Positions 55,425 to 64,000 of a DNA stretch of 64,000 nucleotides are shown in pieces. Source of the DNA: Myxococcota bacterium. Its GTDB lineage: Bacteria > Myxococcota > XYA12-FULL-58-9 > JALHOP01. The position numbers and the translations under genes were made by a program. Where the stretch lies: contig JBGGMJ010000211.1 in the NCBI GenBank assembly GCA_041288095.1, forward strand, positions 63,725-127,724, given 5' to 3'. The first letter of the stretch is position 1; each line of letters opens with the position of its first letter. The notes under the pieces were generated by a model. That model had not been told where the DNA came from, did no database searches, and saw only the letters and a program-made list of their open reading frames with translations.

Positions 55425-58046
55425 TCAGGCGTCGAGCAGCCGCCGCAAGCGCTCCAGGTGCGCCAGGGCCTGCATGGGCGTCGTCGCCATGGGATCGATG
55501 TCGCGCAGCTCGGCTTCGACCGCCGAGGGGCTCGGCCGCGGCGCCGCGAACAAGGCGAGCTGTGGCCCGCTATCGTGCCGCTCGCGCCGGCTGTACGCCA
55601 ACACCGGCATGCCTTTGCTGTCGAGCTCGCCGCTCTCGAGATTCGTGAGGATTTCGCGTGCCCGCGCCAGCACCGGCTCGGGCACCCCAGCGAGCTGCGC
55701 CACCTGAATGCCGTAGCTACGGTTGGCCGCGCCGTCGACCAATCGTCGCAAGAACACGATGGTTCCCTGACTCTCTTTGACCGCGACTGAGACGTTGACG
55801 ATGCGTGGACGCTCGCGCGTGAGGTCGGTGAGCTCGTGGTAGTGCGTCGCGAACATGGCGCGACACCCGAGGACGTCATGCACGTGCTCGGCCACCGCCC
55901 AGGCGATCGACACGCCGTCGAAGGTGCTGGTGCAACGCCCGATCTCATCGAGCAGCACCAACGAGCGCGCCGATGCTTGCTTCAGGATGGTGGCGGTCTC
56001 GAGCATCTCGACCATGAACGTCGACTGGCCGCGCCCGAGATTGTCGGAGGCGCCCACGCGCGTGAAGACCCGGTCACAAAGGCCGATGAGCGCACGCTGC
56101 GCCGGCACGAATGAACCGACATGCGCGAGCACCGCCGTTAGCCCCACCTGACGCATGATGGTCGACTTGCCGGCCATGTTTGGCCCGGTGACCACTAGAA
56201 GCTGACGCGTCGCCGCGTCGAGCTTCACGTCGTTGGCGATGAAGCGCTCACCGTTCGGCAAGAGCCGCTCGATGACCGGATGCCGGCTCTGGGTGAGCTC
56301 GAGCACCGGCGCCTCGGTGAGCTCCGGCTGGACATAGCGGCACTCGTCGGCCACCTGGGCGAGCGACGCCAAGGCGTCGGTCTCGGCGACCAGGCGCGAG
56401 ACGGCGCGCAGGCGCGCCGTGAAGCCGCCAACCTCGGCGGCCAACGACTCGAACAAGAGCTGCTCGCGGGTGCGCCGGCGCTCGTCCGCCCCCAAGACGC
56501 GGTCTTCATAGGTCTTGAGCTCGGGGGTGATGAAGCGCTCGGCCCCGACCAGGGTTTGCTTGCGCACGTAGTCGGCGGGCGCCTGCGCGAGGTTCGCCTT
56601 GGTGATCTCGATGTAGTAACCGAAGACTCTGTTGTAGCGGACTTTCAGGTTCGTGATGCCAGTGCGGGCACGCTCGCGCTTCTCGAGCTCGTCGAGAAAG
56701 CCGTGACCCTCGGTCGAAGCATCGATGAGCAGGTCGAGATCGGCGTCGAAGCCCTTGGCGAAGATGCCACCCTCGTTGGTCGCGAACGGTGGGTCGTCGA
56801 CCAGCGCCCGCGCCAGCAGGTGCTGCAGATCGCTGACGACGTCGGCATCGGCCCAAGCCGCGCCCAGATAGGATGCGAGCTTCGCCACCACGTTCTTCAC
56901 GTCGGGCAGGCGTGCGAGCGACAGGCGCAGAAGCCCGAGGTCTTTCGGCGTAGCCCGGCCGACGGCGACACGGCCCACCAGGCGCTCGATGTCGCGCACG
57001 CCTTCGAGCGCGGCTTGCGCCTTTTCACGCACCGCCCGTTCGCTCTTGAACGCCGCGACCGCGCCCTGGCGGCGCTCGATGGCCGACCGCTCACGCAGCG
57101 GGAAGAGCAGCCATTGATGGAGGGTGCGCGAGCCCAATGCCGTGCGGCAGCGATCGAGATGCCAGAGCAACGAGCCGCGACGCTCCGCGTCCCGCTGTGT
57201 GCGCGTCAGCTCGAGATTGCGCCGCGTGGCTTCGTCGAGCACGACATAATCGGCGATGCGATAGGTACGCGGCGGCATGATGTGCTTCAGCGGACGACGC
57301 TGGGTGCGCTCGGCGTAGCGCACCGCCATGCACACAGCGAGCTCTTCCTCGGCGAGGGCGGATGGCATTTCGCCGAAGATGCCCTGCCACGAGCCCTTCT
57401 CAGGCAACGCCTCGGCCTCACGCACCGGCAAGCTACTTGCGACCAGCGCCGCAATCGCCGCCGCCCCATCGGGCACGGTCACGAGCTCGCGCGCGCCCAT
57501 GCGGCTGAGCTCGTCACCCAGCTGCGAGCGCGGCACGCGCGTCATCAAGACCTCGCCGGCCAAGAGATCGAGCAGCGCCAGCACCGCATCGTCGCCCGCG
57601 AGCACGACCGACGCGAGATATGCCGCCGCGCCAGGGTCGAGCGCTTCGAGCTCGCACACCGTACCCGGCGTAACCACGCGGGTGATGGCGCGCTTGACGA
57701 TACCCTTGGCGAGCTTGGGATCTTCGAGCTGATCACAAATGGCGACGGAGAACCCGCGCTCGACCAAACGCGCGATGTAGCCCTGCGCCGCGTGGTGCGG
57801 CACCCCAGCCATGGGCACGGGATCACCCGCGCTCTTGTCGCGGGAGGTGAGCGTGAGATCGAGCTCACGGGCCGCGATCTTCGCGTCGTCGAAAAACGTC
57901 TCGTAGAAGTCGCCCATCCTGAAGAAAAGGATGGCGTCGCGAGGCGCGTCGGCCTTCGCGTCCAAGAACTGGCGCAACATGGGGGTGATCTTGCGCTCGC
58001 CCACGCCGCCGTCAGCGGCACCGCTCAACCCGTCAGTCGCGCCCAT
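55425..58046 (-). CDS. mutS: DNA mismatch repair protein MutS
   Basis: TPMLRQF, FRMGDFYE, GPNMAGKST, STFMVEM, DEIGR(C)TST, FATHYHEL, SYGIQVA. Confidence 0.97.
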   Translation of the reverse strand: MGATDGLSGAADGGVGERKITPMLRQFLDAKADAPRDAILFFRMGDFYETFFDDAKIAARELDLTLTSRDKSAGDPVPMAGVPHHAAQGYIARLVERGFSVAICDQLEDPKLAKGIVKRAITRVVTPGTVCELEALDPGAAAYLASVVLAGDDAVLALLDLLAGEVLMTRVPRSQLGDELSRMGARELVTVPDGAAAIAALVASSLPVREAEALPEKGSWQGIFGEMPSALAEEELAVCMAVRYAERTQRRPLKHIMPPRTYRIADYVVLDEATRRNLELTRTQRDAERRGSLLWHLDRCRTALGSRTLHQWLLFPLRERSAIERRQGAVAAFKSERAVREKAQAALEGVRDIERLVGRVAVGRATPKDLGLLRLSLARLPDVKNVVAKLASYLGAAWADADVVSDLQHLLARALVDDPPFATNEGGIFAKGFDADLDLLIDASTEGHGFLDELEKRERARTGITNLKVRYNRVFGYYIEITKANLAQAPADYVRKQTLVGAERFITPELKTYEDRVLGADERRRTREQLLFESLAAEVGGFTARLRAVSRLVAETDALASLAQVADECRYVQPELTEAPVLELTQSRHPVIERLLPNGERFIANDVKLDAATRQLLVVTGPNMAGKSTIMRQVGLTAVLAHVGSFVPAQRALIGLCDRVFTRVGASDNLGRGQSTFMVEMLETATILKQASARSLVLLDEIGRCTSTFDGVSIAWAVAEHVHDVLGCRAMFATHYHELTDLTRERPRIVNVSVAVKESQGTIVFLRRLVDGAANRSYGIQVAQLAGVPEPVLARAREILTNLESGELDSKGMPVLAYSRRERHDSGPQLALFAAPRPSPSAVEAELRDIDPMATTPMQALAHLERLRRLLDA

Positions 58047-58096
58047 TGTAGCCAGACCCTAGCAGCAGGGTCTGACAACTACAGGCGGCACTAGCG

Positions 58097-58414
58097 TCAG
58101 CCCTCTTTGGCTTGCGACCCGTCGGTCGCCAAGCGACCCGCGTTCACCCGCTCGCGCAGCTCGTGCCCGACGGTGAAGAATGGCACGCGCTTCTCGGGCA
58201 CGGCGATCGCGTGTCCGGTCTTCGGATTGCGACCGGTCCGCGATCGTCGATGACGGACCGAGAAGCTCCCGAAGCCACGGATCTCGATGCGATCCCCGGC
58301 ACGCAGTGCCTGCGTCATGGCGTCGAAGATCGTGTTCACCACGATTTCGACATCGGTAGCGCGAAGATGCGAAAAACGCTGAGCGACCGCCTGAATGAGG
58401 CCACTCTTGGTCAT
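58097..58414 (-). CDS. ihfB: integration host factor beta / HU family DNA-binding protein
   Basis: MTKSGLI, RIEIRGFGSF, GRNPKTG, ELRERVN. Confidence 0.85.
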   Translation of the reverse strand: MTKSGLIQAVAQRFSHLRATDVEIVVNTIFDAMTQALRAGDRIEIRGFGSFSVRHRRSRTGRNPKTGHAIAVPEKRVPFFTVGHELRERVNAGRLATDGSQAKEG

Positions 58415-58697
58415 GCCCTGATTGCTGTCCACTACACGTCTCCGTGAGGACAACTACGCCCTATTGCCCGGAACCCGCAGGCCCCCGTCGCAAAAAGTCT
58501 CTGCGACGACGACCGTTGAGTGATGCTCGACTCGGACGTTAAACCCTCTCGCACCCCCTGTGCAAGCTCAGAGAAGCGAATGCACGGTTTCGCCCGACGG
58601 ATTGAGCAGAGTTTCCCCCGCTCCGGAGTCCAGGTATGAGGTGCCGCTCGCGATCGTCCGCCCGCGTCCGCCGGCGCTCTACGGGTTTTTGCCTCAC

Positions 58698-59375
58698 ATG
58701 CGTTTCATCCTCGTTGCTCTTTGCCTCGTGGTTCCGTCGCTGGCCTTGGCCGCCGATGAGAGTCACCAAATTTGGAGCTCGATCACCGTCCACAAGAAGC
58801 TGACCGACGCATGGTCCTTCTACTTCGACGGCAACCTCCGTCTCTACGACGACCACCACGGCTCGCAGATCCTCCTGCGCCCAGGCGTGATGCGGCGGCT
58901 CACAGAGGACCTCTCGGTGTATCTCGCCTACGCCTGGACGCCGAGCTGGGACGACGCGACCGGCGACATGACCGACGAGCATCGCATTTGGCAGCAGCTC
59001 GCTTGGAACATCGGCGGCATCGGCGCGTTCAGCTTCTACTCGCGGTCACGTCTAGAGGAGCGCTTTCGCCCCGCGACGAGCGACGACTTAGGTGTCCGCT
59101 TTCGCGAGCTCCTGCGCGTCATCTGGAAAGCGAACGACCTCTTCGGCATCTCGGTCTGGGACGAATTTTTCATCGACCTCAACGCGGCCGACGATGAGAA
59201 CGGCGAGCGTTGGCAGCGCTTCGGGCTCGATCAGAATCGCTTGTTCATCGGCCCCACCGCCTATTTCCCCTGCAACGTGCGCATCGAAATCGGCTACCTG
59301 AACCAGTACATCGACGTCAGCGTGCCGAATGAGATGCGGCACGTCGCGGCGCTCAACGGCTTCGTGGATTTTTGA
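58698..59375 (+). CDS. DUF2490-like outer membrane beta-barrel protein
   Basis: Signal peptide, EHRIWQQ, RSRLEERF, RFRE, DEFF, DQNR, EIGYLNQ, terminal F. Confidence 0.8.
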   Translation: MRFILVALCLVVPSLALAADESHQIWSSITVHKKLTDAWSFYFDGNLRLYDDHHGSQILLRPGVMRRLTEDLSVYLAYAWTPSWDDATGDMTDEHRIWQQLAWNIGGIGAFSFYSRSRLEERFRPATSDDLGVRFRELLRVIWKANDLFGISVWDEFFIDLNAADDENGERWQRFGLDQNRLFIGPTAYFPCNVRIEIGYLNQYIDVSVPNEMRHVAALNGFVDF

Positions 59376-59381
59376 CCGACG

Positions 59382-60275
59382 CTACCCGTGCGGTCCGAAG
59401 ACGAGCTCGCGATGCGCGGAGGCGCCGGCCATGACGCCGTCCGCGGTCGCGAACGTCGCGTTGTGCATGTCGCGAGTGATGTCGCCGGCGGCGAACACCC
59501 CCGGCACGGTAGTCGCCCGCATGCCGTCGGTGCGCAGGTATCCGCCGAATCTCCCCTCATCGAAGGCGCAGCCGAGTTGCTCGCCAAGAGAGCTGTTCGG
59601 CTTCACCTGGGTCGCCACGTACAACGAGCTCATGGGCAGCGCGCGGCCGTCAGCGAGGTGCACGGTGGCTTCGCCCGCGATAGCGGTCACCGGCGCTCGC
59701 TCGATCACCACATTGCGCCGGCGCAGCTCGTCGACGATCTCGTGGTCGAAGTCCGTGCCGTTCGCGAACAACGTCGTCGGTCCCCACTCGGTGATGAGCA
59801 TCGCCTGGTGCGCCGACATTGGTGACACGGCGAGCACGGCCTGCGGCCCGGTAAGCTCGTAACCGTGGCAATACGGGCAGTGAACCACGGTCTTGCCCCA
59901 GCGCTCGGCGAGCCCGGGAATCGCCGGCAAGATGTCACTCACGCCATAGGCGAGAACGACCTTTCGCGCCGCCAGCGTGCCGTGCTCGAGCGTGTCGATC
60001 GCGAAGGCGTTGTCGCCACCACGCGCGGCGACGGCTGCGTCCCGCAGCAGGCGAACGGTCGGATACGCAAGCACCTTGTCGCGGCCCGTCGCGAGCATGC
60101 TGTCGGGCGTCGCGCCATCCTGACCGAAGAAGCCGTGCGAGTGGCTGGCGAAGCGATTGCGCGGCGTGCGCGTGTCCAGAATCACGACGTCACGACGCCC
60201 GCGCGCGAGCATCATCGCGGCGGAGAGTCCCGCATAGCTACCTCCGACGATGACGACGTCACATTGCATGGTCAT
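59382..60275 (-). CDS. thioredoxin-reductase-like NAD(P)/FAD oxidoreductase
   Basis: IVGGSYAG, HCPYCHGYE, TTVPGVFAAGD. Confidence 0.88.
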   Translation of the reverse strand: MTMQCDVVIVGGSYAGLSAAMMLARGRRDVVILDTRTPRNRFASHSHGFFGQDGATPDSMLATGRDKVLAYPTVRLLRDAAVAARGGDNAFAIDTLEHGTLAARKVVLAYGVSDILPAIPGLAERWGKTVVHCPYCHGYELTGPQAVLAVSPMSAHQAMLITEWGPTTLFANGTDFDHEIVDELRRRNVVIERAPVTAIAGEATVHLADGRALPMSSLYVATQVKPNSSLGEQLGCAFDEGRFGGYLRTDGMRATTVPGVFAAGDITRDMHNATFATADGVMAGASAHRELVFGPHG

Positions 60276-60711
60276 GCGTGCCTCCGTGAGCTTTCATGCG
60301 GCGGTGGAAGTCGCGCGCGAGCCGGTCGAGGGTGACGGCGCCAAAACGATCGAGCAGCAGTTGCTCGGCGTCGCGGAATGCCTCCGCCAAAGCGGCATTG
60401 ACCGCCTGTTCGACCAGACAACCCGGCGACTCGCTGCGATTGCCCATGGCAAACGGTTCGGGCGAGCCCAACGCTTCGTAGATGTCCCGCATGGTGATGC
60501 TGGCTAGCGGCGCGGCGATGACCCAACCACCGCCATGGCCGCGCCCGGCGGCGACCAAGCCGGCGTTGCGCAGGGGCCCCATGTTGCGGCGCACCACCAC
60601 GGGATTGGTGCGCATCGCCTTCGCCAAAGCCTCGGAGGTCATGGGCTCGCCCGCCTCCGCCATGTGGAGCAGGACGTGCAGAACCCCCGAAAGCCGGCTG
60701 TCGCGCTTCAT
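60259..60711 (-). CDS. Rrf2 family redox-sensing regulator (SaiR/HypR-like)
   Basis: SRLSGVLHVL, TSEALA...TNPVVVRR, GHGGGW, single C-terminal Cys (GCLVE). Confidence 0.9.
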   Translation of the reverse strand: MKRDSRLSGVLHVLLHMAEAGEPMTSEALAKAMRTNPVVVRRNMGPLRNAGLVAAGRGHGGGWVIAAPLASITMRDIYEALGSPEPFAMGNRSESPGCLVEQAVNAALAEAFRDAEQLLLDRFGAVTLDRLARDFHRRMKAHGGTHDHAM

Positions 60712-60731
60712 GTAACTATCAATGTTACATG
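60709..60731. promoter_or_regulatory. putative Rrf2 autoregulatory operator
   Basis: Perfect 8-7-8 inverted repeat CATGTAAC-N7-GTTACATG overlapping the Rrf2 start codon. Confidence 0.75.
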
Positions 60732-60752
60732 ATGACGGTTCCGTCAATGCCC

Positions 60753-60796
60753 AAAAGAAAAACGGCGCGCTCCGAGTCTCCTCGAGAGCGCGCCGT
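60753..60796 (-). terminator. rho-independent terminator of rpsA
   Basis: 11-bp stem ACGGCGCGCTC/GAGCGCGCCGT followed on the minus strand by TTTTCTTTT. Confidence 0.85.
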
Positions 60797-60823
60797 CATT
60801 CAGACTGGCTATACGACTAAGGC

Positions 60824-62539
<1,716 letters not shown>

Positions 62540-62719
62540 TCTTTTTTAACTCTACTTACCCGGGCCTAATTGCGGCGCGGGGCAAAGGACTTGGCTCAAG
62601 CTCCCAGATGCACCATGCATCGGTAGCGCGGGCACACGTCCGCTCGAAGGCGCCCCTCCTACAGATCAGGCGCGCAAATGTCTAGCGGAACCGGGTGCTG
62701 GCTGCTGCCCTACCGGCGC

Positions 62720-63940
62720 TTACTGGGAAGTCGGTACCTTGGGTCCGTGCTGTTCCCACCAGGCGTCACGGGCGGCGGCGACCTGGGGGCGCAGGTCGCG
62801 GGTCGCGAGCGGTCCCCAGTAGTCCGAGGAGGCGCGCACGCGCTCGACCAAGGGCTCGTAGACCGACCAGGGCATGGTCAAGACGAGGGGGTGCATCGCG
62901 GTGCCGCTCGTGGGCGCGACGAGCGCTTGGTAGAGCCGCACCCGCTGATCGTGGAGCATCCCACGCGCGAAGAGCTCGCCGGTGAGGTGCTGGGCGAGCG
63001 GCGACGGGACCGTGCGCATCGGCGCGGCCCAGGGGGTGTCATGGAGGCGGCGCAGGAAGGCAATGGCGGCCTCGGGTCGGCTCGCGGAGATGTTCTCGTG
63101 GAGCTGCGCCAGCGTCGCCTCGCGCAAGGCGGGGATGCCCGCGGTCAGCGTCACGATGGCCGCGGCGTCGTCTGGCATGCTGGTCACCGCGTAGCGTACG
63201 TCGTTGGGAGCCAAGCGCTCGGGTGGCGTGCGCCGCACGTAGTCGCCGCGCAAGAGGTGCCACGCAGCGTTGTAGCTCACCTGGTCGCCGGCGTTCGCCC
63301 CCAACGTGAAGGGGCTGAGCTGGGCTCCGCCGGTGAGGGCCGCGAGCGTCGCCGGGTCGAGTTGCTTGTAGCGGTCGTTCTCTCCGGCATAGCGCACGGC
63401 GTTCGCGAGCACCGGCTCGCTATCGCGGCGCTCGCGCAGGCTCCGTATCAGCTCGGCGGCGGGCGCGCCGCGGTTCGCGGTCACGAAGTCGACGACCTGA
63501 GCGCCCGTGAGGTTGGGATCGGCGAGGAGCGACTGGACCGTGACCACGGGGCGAGGCGGCTCCGGAGGCTCGACGCGCGCTGGACCCTCGCCCTGCCTCG
63601 GCTCCTGTGTCGCGCCTCCCGCTTGATTGTAGCGACCCTCGTTGATCGCCTGGCGAATCGCGTCACGACGCTCGCGCCGTTGACGCATCATCTCGAGACC
63701 TTCGACGGTCGTGCGGGCGCGCGGGCGTTGCAGGCCGGTCTGTAGCGGTTCGCGGCCGTTGGCGAAATGATGGGCGAGTCCGCCGGTGACCTCGGTGCCG
63801 ACGACGCCGTTGTCGACGCGGGCGCCGATACCGATCTCGGTCTGTACGGTGTCGCGGGCCAGCGCCTGCGTGAAGGCGCGGTTCAGAGGTCTTGCGTCCT
63901 CACGGCGGCGCGCGGCGCGCACCAAGAAGTCGAACGCCAT
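62720..63940 (-). CDS. hypothetical protein (406 aa)
   Basis: Long ORF with GAGG SD before ATG; no recognisable motif. Confidence 0.55.
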   Translation of the reverse strand: MAFDFLVRAARRREDARPLNRAFTQALARDTVQTEIGIGARVDNGVVGTEVTGGLAHHFANGREPLQTGLQRPRARTTVEGLEMMRQRRERRDAIRQAINEGRYNQAGGATQEPRQGEGPARVEPPEPPRPVVTVQSLLADPNLTGAQVVDFVTANRGAPAAELIRSLRERRDSEPVLANAVRYAGENDRYKQLDPATLAALTGGAQLSPFTLGANAGDQVSYNAAWHLLRGDYVRRTPPERLAPNDVRYAVTSMPDDAAAIVTLTAGIPALREATLAQLHENISASRPEAAIAFLRRLHDTPWAAPMRTVPSPLAQHLTGELFARGMLHDQRVRLYQALVAPTSGTAMHPLVLTMPWSVYEPLVERVRASSDYWGPLATRDLRPQVAAARDAWWEQHGPKVPTSQ

Positions 63941-64000
63941 GACCTCGTCGCCCGTCGCGCCTGGTCCGAGAAAGCGGACAGCGCCACCACGACCACCGCC

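Noticed and set aside
53575..58094. Long plus-strand ORFs (710 aa, 604 aa) and similar antisense ORFs across the window
   Set aside because: These are shadow ORFs opposite well-supported genes, typical of high-GC DNA, and show no motifs.
58415..58697. Possible ncRNA or tRNA in the intergenic gap upstream of ihfB
   Set aside because: I could not recognise a cloverleaf, T-loop or known RNA motif; an Rfam scan would be needed.

Overview
GC-rich bacterial chromosomal segment. The gene content (PEGA, DUF4388 and TIGR04552-like proteins, many Cys-rich lipoproteins) points to Myxococcota or a related deltaproteobacterium; this is an inference. A minus-strand housekeeping backbone (ybeY ... lnt ... 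prfB with its programmed +1 frameshift ... lysS-lolC/E-lolD-bamA; also mazG, murJ, rpsT, an amidase, mutS, IHF/HU and rpsA) is interrupted by accessory blocks. Four observations stand out. (1) A ~12.6 kb redox/signalling island between lnt and ybeY combines a Cyc2-like cytochrome-porin, four other c-type cytochromes, two cupredoxins sharing an unusual N-terminal motif, a transmembrane CheA-like kinase without CheW, two CheX-like proteins and CheY. (2) A cyclopropane-fatty-acid-synthase / PUFA-isomerase-like fusion gene lies divergent from a fatty acid desaturase. (3) A sigma28-like promoter motif, G(C/A)A(A/C)C-N15/16-CCGATAA, recurs five times, each time just upstream of an accessory or orphan gene. 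(4) A DnaA-box cluster sits next to an AT-shifted mazG 3' end. I saw no rRNA, tRNA, CRISPR array or transposase. All product calls come from reading motifs by eye, not from database searches.
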